A DNA stretch of 64,000 nucleotides, from positions 2,108,001 to 2,172,000 of the forward strand of contig JBPQGU010000016.1 in assembly GCA_051362555.1 (NCBI GenBank), read 5' to 3'. This stretch comes from Lingula anatina. Its lineage: Eukaryota; Animalia; Brachiopoda. This document shows, one piece after another, positions 23,624-36,207 of this stretch (positions are counted from its first letter, which is position 1; each line of letters starts with the position of its first letter). A program made the position numbers and the translations under genes. The notes under the pieces were generated by a model. That model ran no database searches. It saw only the letters and a program-made list of their open reading frames with translations, and was not told the origin of the DNA.

Positions 23624-24343
23624 AAAAGTAAAAAAAAATGAATTTATTTAGATCACAGATTTGAAATGATATTCATTGGATATTGATTTTGTGAGTGATA
23701 AAAATGACACCAACAACAAAAAAATATGATGTGCTATGCTCGTAAAACATAATATTTTCGAAATATTGGTTAACAGTATGAGATAAACAAAATGTGTTTA
23801 CCGGAACTGTACACAGTGAATCTTATCTCGCTAATCAATTACACGATTTTTTTTTTGGCGATCCGCAGTTAGATAAAGAAATGCATTTACTTAAAAAAAA
23901 CTTTACTTGCAATACACTGTCATTAAAATCTGAGAAATTGTAGTAATAATTTAGACTTTTGGAAGATGTTAAATCCTGTTTTATTGAATTTTAATGTCAT
24001 GTTATTGTTTTAATGTAAGACTGTAGAATGAATTTCAAGTAGAGAGAGAAGGGGTATTATTAAAATAAACAAATATGTCGCCGTCATCAACACGCCATTG
24101 GAGAAAGGAGGGTGTTGAGAAAATTGAATGAATCAATCCCTTCTGGCGGCTTCTCAAATTTCTCTTTTACCTGTTCACCACAATCACCGTTTTTACGTCA
24201 ATTAAATGACATCATTTGGCTCTCCAAAACCCTGCCAGCGATTTCCCCTAAAAGTCATAGTTCAGATTTTATCGTTGGTTAAGCTGAATTATACCTGTAT
24301 TAAATGAAAATCCGTAATTAGGACCTCATTTTGGTTTGTTAAA

Positions 24344-24958
24344 TGCTTCCACTGCGTGTCTCTGCGCCAGTGCTGATAGATGGCGTCTCAAATGCCTGTA
24401 AATTTTTAAGCGCGACGAAGCAATATTTTTCACGTGTTTTCTACAGCAGCGCCTGCGTAAACCACTATTAATATCTCAACTTGTCTTGAAAGTAGGGAAA
24501 CTCAACTGATAATTAAGATTGATAAAATGCCATCTCTATGTACATGTACGTAACCTGCGACTAGAGTTCAATTCTTGTACGACTAAGACTATGCTGATTA
24601 AGTTTATTTTAGCATATCTCTATTTTATATCTGTTTATTGTGTTCAATTTGGACATTGCTATTGGCACCATTTTACGATTTGATTATGTGATAGGGTTGT
24701 TATTACACATTATGTAATTATAAGTAGAGCTTTTGGAAAAGAAAATAGCACAAAATAGACCCATTTGCTTTCTCCTCCACCATGCACAAATCAGCGATTG
24801 CTTAATTTTCTTGATTCCCTCTTGTTATGGTGTGTATCTGAAATTCCTTTTTTAGAATTTGTATTTTTGTACATACGTATTCTATCATTGAAATTGGCAC
24901 GTTTTATCATGTGTATTTGAGGCAACATCACTATTATAAATCCCACTGTATGCCAAAC
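24344..24958 (+). pseudogene. Relic 3' end (SRR tail and 3' UTR) of a GIMAP-Hint paralog
   Basis: Aligns to 2070-2646: LPLRVSAPVLIDGVSNACKFLSATKQY vs LPLRVSAPLLKDGVSNTCKLLCATKQY, then a collinear UTR to tgtatgccaaac. Confidence 0.85.
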
Positions 24959-26299
24959 CGTGTTGATCATCTTCAGACAAATACAGTTCCAAAATCAAGA
25001 TATAAGTCATTGTGAAGTTTTATAATGATACTATAATAGTGGTTAGGTTTACATTATATTTTCCATTAGATAAGTGCAAATTTTATTGATGGAACGTTGG
25101 TCTAATCCAGCTGAATGGGTTGTAGACTGATGTTATGAGGAGATGTGATTGATATTACACGATTTGATTTAATGTTTAGTTTATTTAGATTTCTATCATA
25201 AGTATTAAGAGATGAGGGACATTTACAGGTTGGTAAGAGTTATTATTTCTTTCTACACTTCTATGTTATTGACGATATAATGTTTTATTATTGTTATCAT
25301 TATTATTATGTCTGAACACTTAAAGGTCATTCAATGTGTATTCTTTAATGTTTTAACAAATGATGCAATTCATTTTTAATTAAGTGAAAGATAATGTTTT
25401 GATAGCACAATATATGGCACAATTCAAAGGTATTGGTTTAAGCGGTTTTTGGACGATTTCTAATTTTTCTCGAGAAAATAACACTTTTTCCTACCCACGA
25501 ATCATTTATTAATTGCCTGGCCCGACTATTCAGCCCCCTTTTTTGCAAAAAAAGGTATTTTCTTTCTTGAAGTCTTAGATTGGAGATATCTTAACTTTTC
25601 AGAATATTTTGCTGTAAATTTGACATTTCTTTTAAAATTTTGAACGTGTAAAGAACTCATTTTAAACGTAAATATTGAAAAAAAAAAGCAAAATTATATA
25701 TTTTGAATAATAAATAATCTTTAATTGGAGATTAAAAGCGCAAAGACATTTAATTAATGTTCACATTATCTATAAACTTGCAGCACCTGAACTTCCCACA
25801 AGCAGTACATTTGCCTAAAAGGCGAAGTATTGGACTTGCAGCTCTTATAAACCTTTAATACACGTTTTATAACACATTCTTGTTATTCTATAAAGGTAGT
25901 TAAGCAAACGAAACAGAATGAGATATGACTGAACATTTTTCGTTTTTTTCTTATGACATACTAGTGTTGCCCTCGGTTCTGATCAATTCTGAAGATTTAT
26001 TTCTTTTTGCAAGATTAAGGGATCATCACAAGAAAGAATTGTTAAAATATGAAAGTTGCCAAAGCTTGCTCAACTGTGATTGATATTGGACTCATGATAA
26101 TTTATCTGTCCCAGAGATTTCCCTGTAGTTTCATCTGACACCAACCTTCAAAATTTCATCTAGTTTATGATCACTTGAGACTTCCATTTCTTCCTTTCAA
26201 TGTAGTCAAACTACCGAAGTAATCAATTTACAGTTCACTACAACGGTTTTGGTGCGCAATGGCTTTTTGTTTGTCTATGGCATCATCCATTACAAATGA

Positions 26300-27930
26300 T
26301 CACTTTTGATTACTGACGTCAACTTTGACCCATGTGCCAACTTTGGAGTCCACATCTTCAAAGTCGACAACAAAGAAATCATCAAAGTCGTTTCCTTCGT
26401 TTCCAAACTGTCCATTAGTGCTATATTCAAGCACGGAGATGTACTGGAAGATGTCCCACAACAATGCTTCCTCCTTTAACAAAATAAATATAGTAGATAA
26501 TAAAGGCTGTAGTCATATAAATAATACTAATAATAGTAACACTTTTTATTTATTTTAGATTATATCTTAAATCTTTATAAAACCTTTACAAATGTATAGA
26601 AAAAATAATAAAATACCCAGAATATACAAATTGGGAAAAAATAAACATCAAATTTGCCTTAAAAACAATTTTATCAGTGCCCTAGAAACACTTGGGAAGA
26701 GGAAAACAATAATGCCCAGCCCTTCTTTTTGGTATAAAAAGCATTTGAAAGAAACGTAGCAATCATTACCTTCAGAATGCACGGTTTTGCTTGTTCACGC
26801 ATAATCTCTCTGACCATTCCTCGCAGCTCCTCCAAAAAACATAGTATGCTATTTGGTTCGGCAGTGCCGACTATACAAATACGATTTCCGGCCAGTTCTG
26901 CTTTCTCCTTAAAAGTCTTTGGTAGCGAATCCATGAAATTTTGCTTTTGTTCACTGTTGAGAGCTGTTCTACCGTCATGGACAAACACAAAGATGGCCCT
27001 CTTCAAAAATGTACCGAAGAATTTATCTTCCAAGAGGTCTATAGCCTCTATTTCTGTTGATCTGACTCTTAAGTTATATCTTAACAAGTATAAAAATGTG
27101 TCGACTTGCTGTACACCTTCTATTTGGCGCCGGATGGTCTCTACAATGTGCTCTTTGGTAAAATCTAAATCCCCAGTTCCAGGTGTATCTATAAGTGTTA
27201 ATTTCCATGTGTCATTTGCAGAGCTTTTTATGTCTCCATGAAACACATGTCTACACAGCATTCGGTCTGGTCGGGGGAATATGATTGGGCAAGAAGAACA
27301 CGAGCCAGAGACGTTCTTCCGTGCCCCTTTCGACCGACAAGCATCACGCTTAAGTGTTCAATGTAATCTGAAAAATAATGCAAACACGAATTCATTTATC
27401 ATAAATGGAAATTATCAAATACAAGCCGAAATATTTTCGTATCGTTAGCTTACGGCCAACCTGGGCGAAGGCCTTTATCAGACTGATGTAAGAAGATGTT
27501 GACACTCACTGACCGCTAGGTGGTATAGTGAACATTTTGGCTCATTTACGAATTAATTTAAGTTACAGCTTTGGGATGATCTACAAAATGTACCTTGGTT
27601 TGGAAACTGGGAAAATGGCGGTTGGCTCCAAGAAAAAAATATTTTCTATATGGTCATTAAACATTATGTTTGGGAAACATCGATCTAATGAGTATTAGAT
27701 AAATACATTTCGTCTACCGGGTCAAATTACAGAGAAAATCACATCGTAAGTCAACTTAATGCCTTTTTTCTGGTTTTACCGTGGCAAGACAAGGGAAAGG
27801 CATTAACGAGAAGAGGGAGAGGGAAAGGGGGTGTCAAAATAAGGAGCCAGCGATTTACAGATAGCGTGAAGATGGTGGGGAGAAAATTTGAAAAATGAAA
27901 AACATTAACCCCCTCTATAAACACACACAA

Positions 27931-27962
<32 letters not shown>

Positions 27963-28360
27963 TATTTGTGTACACAATCACATGATTCGGTTAAATAGCA
28001 TTAAGTGTTGTTGAACATACATGCCATTAGCTGAATGTAATATAAGCACTGCCTCGAACAAATATCCAGGTTACTCGAACAAATTGCCTTGCCCAATCCT
28101 GTCCTAGTAGATCATAGTTCACAATATATACATGTAGGCATAATGTAAACATTACACTATCACAAATCGTCCTACTGCACATACGCTTGGTCTGTCTTCT
28201 AGATCATTATGTGATATATTATAATACGTCGCACTGTATGAAATGATGAACGTTATGCACAAATTAAAAACATCATGGAATTATTTAAAACAAATGTAAG
28301 TGATGAAAATGTGCTAATAATGGAACACTGCGTCTTACCATCAGCTGTAGGTTCCGCCAT
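26300..28360 (-). pseudogene. GIMAP/AIG1 gene B; exons 28360-28339, 27367-26770 and 26473-26300, with a 1-nt frameshift in exon 2
   Basis: aagATGGCGGAACCTACAGCTGATG|gtaag (phase 1) joins ttttcag|AT to give MAEPTADDYIEHLSVMLVGRKGHGRTS. LIDTPG, VDTFLYLLRY and GNRICIV lie in a shifted frame. AAG|gtaatg joins ttgttaaag|GAG in phase 0. Exon 2 is 598 nt, one short of keeping frame. Confidence 0.8.
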
Positions 28361-28777
28361 CTTTGTTGTTTACGTCTGTGACCTTTCAAAATATTGCTTC
28401 CTACAGTACATGCGCCAATGCATACACCATCGACCCCGTTAACGGTACAAGCGCATTATCAGGTCCAAGGCAGCGATGAGGTCTACATTAGCCACGTGGG
28501 TTTACGTTTCATGGAAGAGAGTCGTGATATTTAATGATTAACAACTATTGAGCTATGAAAGCGAAAGTACGTCAAATGAAAGGTGTTATTTTTCGTAGTT
28601 TGCACATAGCAAACTTTGAAGCAAATAATGTGTTCTGTATCATAAAATGTATACGAAATATTACAAATAGCATGTTTTGCTTTAACGATTAACCCAAATG
28701 TACTCTTTAATTGACATGGCCAATGTCACGATGTTTGTTCTTTTTGACATGTGCTACCACCTGTTGCCATATCTATA

Positions 28778-30447
28778 CAACATTGGTCAAAAAGGTTGTC
28801 CCACCCCCATTTCCATGTACTTTTATTTACAAATGATCACTTCACAGCTGTAGTTTGTTAGAAATAGTGCTTTTTATTACAGATATCGTGTCTAACATGA
28901 TTAATGGTTTTAAAAAAACACAAAATAGTGGTGAAAATATACACATTTTATACCATTTAGTAACATTTATAAGAGGCACCCCCTCAAATCCACTGTTTCA
29001 CTGTGACTTCTACAGATGTACAGAAATGTCTATAAAATTGAAAAGACAGCATTAAATGTCACCAAATTCACACACAATTAGCATTAGGGTGTGCTCGTTA
29101 AAGGTCACGTGCCTAACAGCGTGTGCGTCTACCGCGCACTGCAATTATCTTCTGTAGACGGCGCGACAAGCCTTCAACACGGGTAACAATTATGTTTTGT
29201 GGGATATTGTCCCATTCTTTTTCAACAAGTTGGGGGAGTTGGTCCACGTTTTTATGGGGTTGGTTCTCCTTTGCATTGCACACTCCAATTCATGTCACAG
29301 TTGATTAGTACAGGTAAGTTTAATATCAGGGCTCAAAGATGGTGGTTCCAACCTTAGAGCATTCTGTTTCTTCAACAAACACTTGCCAGGCGAGAGGTGT
29401 GAGCAAGTGTGCAGCCATGATAAAGCCTAGAGTTAACCCCAAAGTCAGTTCTTGAATATGGAATGACATATTATCAGCTGAAAATGCTACGTTCAGTGAT
29501 CCCACAGGCACCTGAACCTGGCCATCCATCACTAGAAGGAAGTCGATTTTGATGCAGAATCAAATTATTTCATGTATCCTATCGATGGTCATAGAGGGTC
29601 CATAGACATGATAAAAATGCCTCTTGGAAGGGTGTGTGTAGGATAATATCGCCTGAGGTGTTAGATCAGTCCGCATTTGGAGAACATTCCTCGCCCATGT
29701 TATTAGTACATTGTTCCTTTTGGAACAAAACGTAACAGGGGCATTTTAATGTAAAATTCTTAACAGATATCTTACTCCATTTGCAAGAGATGACTTCAGG
29801 GATGCTACTGGCTTCATTGTGAAAACGCACTTGCTCACAGCTCTCGTCTTGCAAACGATTTGTTGCAGAAACACAGGGCTCTGAGGATGGGACAACCGTT
29901 GAGTCCTGATATTAATCCTACTAACCACCTGTGGCATGAATTGGAATGTGCATTGTAAAGGGGAACTAATTCCTAAATAATCTTGACCAATTCCCCCACG
30001 CTCTTTAGGATGAATGGGACAAATCCCACATAACATAATTGTTACCTATGTTGAAGGCTTGTAGCGCCGTCTACAGGAGATAATTGCAGTACGCGGTAGA
30101 CGCACACGCTGTTAAGCACGTGATCTTTAACGAGCACATCCAAATGCTAATTGTGTTTGAATTTGGTGACATTTGATGGCGTCTTTTCAATTTTATAGAT
30201 ATTTCTTTACATCTGTAGAAGTCACAGTGAAACAGTGGATTTGAGGGGGTACCTCTTATAAATGTTACTAAATGGTAAAAATGTGTATATTTTCACCATT
30301 ATCTTGTATTTTTTAACCATTAATCATGTTAGACACGGTATCTGTAATAAAAAGCACTATTTTTGACAATTTACATCTGTGAGGTGATCATTTGTAAGTA
30401 AAAAGTACATGGGAATGGGGGTGGGACAACCTTTTTGACCAATGTTG
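28778..30447. mobile_element. Non-autonomous Tc1/mariner derivative with long inverted arms (copy 2)
   Basis: Collinear with 5159-6824; TA|CAACATTGGTC...GACCAATGTTG|TA with TA TSD. Confidence 0.9.
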
Positions 30448-30465
30448 TATATTAGCGTATTATAC

Positions 30466-30704
30466 CAGTGCGGATTTAAGTGGGGTTTAAGTGTCAGGGG
30501 GTCCTGTCCCCCCCCCCCCCCCCCTTCGATTTCTGAAAAAAAATTAAACCAAAATTGGACCCCTCTTGAAACTAGAAATTAATCTAGCTGAATCATAGTT
30601 CATAACTGTACCAAATGGCACCGTTCGCCCTCTAAAATACCAAACCGAACCCCACGACTAGGAGGGGGAAAATATACCATGTACTCTTTCTGGATCGGCC
30701 ATTG
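30466..30704. mobile_element. hAT-like MITE
   Basis: CAGTGCGGATTT...CTGGATCGGCCATTG ends with internal poly-C; no clean TSD. Confidence 0.4.
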
Positions 30705-30866
30705 GTATTTTTAACATTGCCTTTCCTCCCACGTTTAAGCCTTAGATAAAATATGGAATCTTAAACTGAAAACTATTATTAGCAATATCTGTTTATCCTT
30801 AGCTTTTTCCCGGGCATCATGCCATATGTATTCTGTATTTAAATATATGTTATAAAAATATTAGTA

Positions 30867-32515
30867 CAGACTTGACATTTAATATGGAATATTTTTTTCC
30901 AAGTAATTTTTTTCCTATTTTGCTGACTGATAAATGAAAATAAGGATTTAAATCGTGTTTTAATAACTTTGAATTATCTCTTTGATGTCATTGTGATATC
31001 AATTCATTGATGGAATTCGCCAGAGAAGCAAACAAAAACACATTGCCTATTCTATGTCATACGACTTCCATTAAAAGAGATATTTTGAATCTCCATATTT
31101 TTCCAAATTATCGTCTGTAAAAGAGTTAAACGCTCCACAAAAGACCCTTATGTCAGTTGCTATAGTCACAGTAATGGTCGCTGTTACGCCTGGCCTCTTC
31201 TGGCTGTTGCCAGCGCTCTCAAGCGGCAAGGCATTCCTTGGGGTAGGTTTTTAGAGTTCAATCTGGAATAATATTCTAGGCATCGGTCTAAAAGTGTCCA
31301 ATCTGGTCCAGTTTTGTTGTAGGACATATAGGCGGTTGATTCGTCGAGTAATGGCCTACCGAAATATTGTCTATGTGGTTCAAATGTGGCGATTTTGATG
31401 ACCAGGGTAGCTGCTCATTCCCTTGGTTCTATAAGTTATCTGCTATTAAAAGTGCTCTGTGTGAACCTGCAACCTCACCGTGCAACCTAAAATTGTTCCT
31501 AAGGTGCCCCCTATCAAATGATAGTCAAGTGGTTACGAGATTATTCCTTGATTTGATCTGGTTCAGGTTTTCGTCGATGACTACAATTGGTGTTTGGCAC
31601 CAGTGTGGTATCCACTCCAAATACTGACACTGTCAATCACCCTTGTCACTTTAGACCCGGTATATGCTTCGTCGTAGGCCTCTTCTGGATATCTGTAAAC
31701 TCTGTTTTGACTAATTGGGCGGTACAGGTGAAACCTGACCTCAATAAAGAAAGCCATGTTCTACCCAGAAACGGTCATGGCCCCCAATTCATAAGAGAAA
31801 CAGACGACGATGTTTTGCTGTTTACAGTGGGTGCATCGGAGGTTATTTGGTGTTTTTACCTGCTAAACCCAGTTTGGTGTTCGCTAAGGGCTTTGAAAAA
31901 CGCATTTTGGTGGCAATTTACCCCTCGTTCTGAACGGACTGTGTTTTTTGTGTTTTTTGTTTAGTTGCAGCAGCGTATCCCGAAAGACAGTGAGTCTTGT
32001 ACCCTGTAGGTAAGATATTGATACACTGGGGGTGACCTCTGTGTAGGTACATCAGCCTGGGCATTACTCTATAAAACTGTGGGGACCGTTCTGTTTGTCG
32101 CTATGATCTGTCTGGTAATGTCTGTCTTTTTTGCGCCATTCTGCCATAGATTAAAAAATTTGTAATACACTACTTTACTTATCTTCCGCACTGCAAAACT
32201 GACCGCTTGCATGCAAAATTTCAAATTCTTCTATGCAGTAGTTGTCGACATATGGATACTTTTTTGACAGAACCAAGCTTTGCCTAAGCCAAGCTTTGAC
32301 CAGCCCAAAGGAACACTTCCCAATTAAATCACTGAATATCCTTAATTAGCAGCGCAACAGACCTGAAAGTCAGTAAATTGGTAGCGACACACCTTACTAC
32401 ACAGTTCTCCATTAACAAATCTTATATGAGATCGGAGTTTTCTGAAAAAAAAAAACGCATTTTTACCTAGGTATACATTCGAAACTGAAATATTCCATAT
32501 TTAATGTCAAGTCTG
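30867..32515 (-). mobile_element. Tc1/mariner element, full length, decayed transposase (second family)
   Basis: ~28-bp TIRs CAGACTTGACATTTAATATGGAATATTT / AAATATTCCATATTTAATGTCAAGTCTG, TA TSD and a remnant WSSKSPHLNHID (SPDLNPIE-like) on the minus strand. Confidence 0.85.
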
Positions 32516-32572
32516 TAGAATAGAGAGCCTGTAAATGTAAGCTGTACACATTTTAGTGCTCCATAAATAACT

Positions 32573-32612
<40 letters not shown>

Positions 32613-33654
32613 TTTTATAATCTATTAATTGGGCTTTTAAAGTAAAATATTTTGTTTTACTTTATATTTTTCCCTCTTTGACTTGGACATTTATTTTCAC
32701 AATTGTGTTAGGTCGGACACATCTCACCTAGCACAACTGACATTATTGTGGTTGTTATCTGGGGCTGCAGCAGATAAAGTAATCATTTCATATGTTTTGC
32801 ATGTTTGTGTATAATGTGTGTGATTGTGAAAATATGTTTCTTCGAGATTTTGTGTACGTTTTTTTTTTTCTTTTTTTTTTTTTTTTTCTAATTTGTGCAG
32901 AAACGTGTATATATGTGTGTGCGTATGCTAAGGTGAATGCATAAAACATAAAATATGCCTACACGTGTTAAGGGCTTCATCATTTGTTTTGATCAATATT
33001 TTGTGTCCTGGTCTTTATTCCTACCCTTTTTATTATTCATTCAAGATACATTGAAAATTCTACAGCACACATTTGTATTTTAAATTCAATAATAATAATA
33101 ATAATCATTATTATTGTTATGCTATTTTTCACTATTTATTACTATTTGTGTATATGTGTACGCATGTGCAAATTAAAGTATGTTTGTATTTCAAATAGGA
33201 ACAATTGTCATATCAATAAATATCTAATAAATGTTTCAATAAAAGAAGATGGCGTCCAATTGAAGAAAACAAAAACACAGCAAGAATTTCAACATATAGA
33301 TGGCGCCTATGCAATGTACCAATTCGAGATTAACCACACGCTAAAAAACGGTCGGCCATATCTGTTCCGCATGAAGGTTGAGTTGAGGCCATGAATTCTA
33401 GACACTAAATTCTAGAGACGAAATACCCAGGACACAGGTTATTATTATTGCTGCGGCCAAGGCGCTGGTCAAGAAGATTTGTCCAGCAGTGGACTGTTAG
33501 AGAGACACACGCTGAACCCTTGGACCCTCTCCCTCGAGACCGGCTGTCACCCTGATAGAGGGCATCCAGACAGGTATCTGGCTCTGTAAAGGGTACAAGT
33601 CTTCATAACTATTAAGCAACTGTGAGTAGTTAAAGAAAAGCCCAAGTAGCCGTA

Positions 33655-34284
33655 ATGAGCAGGAGAATGGCGTATCAAAAACTGGAAAAAAACAGCATTG
33701 TATGCCACAGTATGCAAGACTATAACGTGTTTATAGTGGGGTACAAGGGACACGGCAAGTCAGCTTCTATGATAAACATTATACGGGACAAAAATTATAA
33801 GGGAGTTAAGGGGTACAAAGTAGAGGAGAGAACGCACGAGAAATGTACATTCTATGATACCCCGGGTTTCGGGTCACTGGACACAACGGACTCGCACGTG
33901 CTGCGCGTGATAAACGCAAAAGCCCACGCGGTCGGTGAAGTGCACGCTGTGTTATTCGTGCTGCGTTATTGGCGCATCACAAGCTCCGTGATTTCTTTAA
34001 TACATCAACTTAAGGACGCATTCGGGCCAGACTACCACACACGCACCATCATAATATTCACCTTCACTAACCATGAAGCCGACCTGAAGTTAGACGAAAA
34101 TTTGAAGGAAAGTCCAAGGGACTTCCAACATTTTGTCCAGCTGTGTGAGGGCAGAGTGATCATGTTGGAAAATTCTGACTTCCAGACTGGGGAAACTGCT
34201 GCCTCCCAAATTGAAGACATGATAACTAACAGGATGCATTCAGGGCCGTTGGTTGTCCCATGGTCCAGAGTGAGTGGTTTTTAG
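33655..34284 (+). CDS. GIMAP/AIG1-family GTPase gene C
   Basis: NVFIVGYKGHGKS (G1), FYDTPGF (G3), VHAVLFVLRY, LKDAFG...TIIIFT and CEGRVIMLEN (G5). A possible donor AGA|gtgagt at 34270 means the C-terminus may continue. Confidence 0.85.
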   Translation: MSRRMAYQKLEKNSIVCHSMQDYNVFIVGYKGHGKSASMINIIRDKNYKGVKGYKVEERTHEKCTFYDTPGFGSLDTTDSHVLRVINAKAHAVGEVHAVLFVLRYWRITSSVISLIHQLKDAFGPDYHTRTIIIFTFTNHEADLKLDENLKESPRDFQHFVQLCEGRVIMLENSDFQTGETAASQIEDMITNRMHSGPLVVPWSRVSGF

Positions 34285-34556
34285 AAAAAAATAGCGAGAT
34301 CAATGTGTAGAAAACAGATAGATTAATGAATAATTACTCATATTTATTTGCCTATGAAATATTATTATCAACAGTAACAGGACCAACCCTTTTGCAATTC
34401 AAAATTTATGTATTTATTCTCTCTCGTTCCAGTGTTCCGTGTGGTGTCTGTGGGCGTGTATGGGCCTCGTGGTGTTAGTGATTTCCAGTGTATGGCAGGG
34501 CCTTAGGGTCTTAGTAGGACGGTGATGTGAAAACTTGGAGTGTCCAAAGGCAAATG

Positions 34557-34595
<39 letters not shown>

Positions 34596-35604
34596 CTAGT
34601 CCTGTGCATAAGATGCCCAGACCCCATGATAATTACGCCCTGGCTGGGCCCAGTCTTTATGGTGTCTTTGCATTGTTAACAACATAATGGGCAAGTTAGT
34701 TGACCAAGTTATTTGGCCAAGCTGCCAGTTTGCTTGTATGGCATGTGAAGGGGATGTCTTACATCAAAGCACATATCATTATCCTTACAGGTGTGACAAA
34801 TGAGATATATTTGCATTTCATTACCTGTGATTTTTAAAATATTTTCTTAATATTTGCATTTTCTTAAGGATAAATTACAAAGAAAAGTGCTAATGTATAG
34901 CAATATTTTACTCTATTCGCAGGCACAGCTATAAAATCTCCTTAAATTTATAATATATATTTTTATTTACATCGTAACCTATGCCAGTTTAGAACACTGA
35001 TAAAGTCGATTCATTAGGATACAATTTGGAATGTAATTTTTGATCACTTCACTTAATGTCTAAGTATGGTTTAGGCTTACACTACAGTACCTGCTTATCA
35101 ATAGCAGGCTCTTTTTGTAACTATTTTAAATAACACTCACTCATTATTTTAAACGAAAAGTTGTTCAAATTTCTAGATTTTGATTCATAGAAAAGAGTCT
35201 TTATGACGGACCATTTCACAATATTTTGAGTGCTATCATCTGTGAATAACTTATATCTCATATTCTTATTTTAAAGAATCAATAAAAAATTAATACTAGG
35301 CTTTGCAAACAACATAGTTTGAACTAAGAAAAAAAAAACAACTTTAAAGCTTACAGATTTCGTGTGCGCTTGACAGCAGCCAGGCCTCACCTCAGCTTCA
35401 ATCTTTTCAACAGTTTTAGACAGTTTGAACCAGAAATTCTACTGAATTTTTGATCATGACATCTAATGAATATATGAAGGAAGTGGAGGAGAGCTTGATT
35501 TCTTTAATGATAAATGTAGAAGGTGTTTTTCTAGCATTTTTGTGTGACAGCTGTACCTTAGATTGAAGACAGACACCTTAGAAGACTTTCTTTTTTTTAT
35601 CCCA

Positions 35605-36144
35605 GGCAGTTGGAAAGGGCAAATCTGGCCACTGAGAATCTAACAGTTATATATCAATAAATTATTAGATCAATCCTAGAATATGCATGCCCTGTGTGCA
35701 GGCCTGGTCTTACAGCCGAATGCTTAGAATCTGTTCAAAGGAGAGCTCTTAGAATTATTAAACCATTTTATACTTACAAGGATGCCCTAAAGGCTAGTAA
35801 TCTCACCTCTCTGAGGGAGAAAAGAGACGTTTTATTTAAGAACTATTTACAAAAATCAGGGATTTTAATAAGTTCCACCATCTGTTTAAAGATAAGAATC
35901 CAAGAAAATTCAGGGCCAGCAACATTTTTTAATACCGAGAGTGAAAACGGCGCTTTTTGAATCGTCATTTACAATGCACAATCTTTTAAATTTCATGTAA
36001 AATACTGCTCCAAATTGTCTTATAAGTCTTGTTTTAAAGCTTTGGTCTTTTAGTTTATAATTTTAGTTACTTTTAGATACTCGTATGATTTTATTTATGA
36101 TAAATTGTAAAACTTCAACCTTTGGGTTGCTATTCTAGCAAATA

Positions 36145-36206
<62 letters not shown>
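35605..36206 (+). mobile_element. CR1/L2-group LINE 3' fragment
   Basis: IRSILEYACPV...LESVQRRALRII, followed by a 3' UTR and an (ATT)n tail. Confidence 0.7.

Positions 36207-36207
<1 letters not shown>

Noticed and set aside
27220-27290. Programmed -1 ribosomal frameshift in gene B
   Set aside because: No canonical X XXY YYZ heptamer with downstream structure was identified; mutation or sequencing error is simpler.
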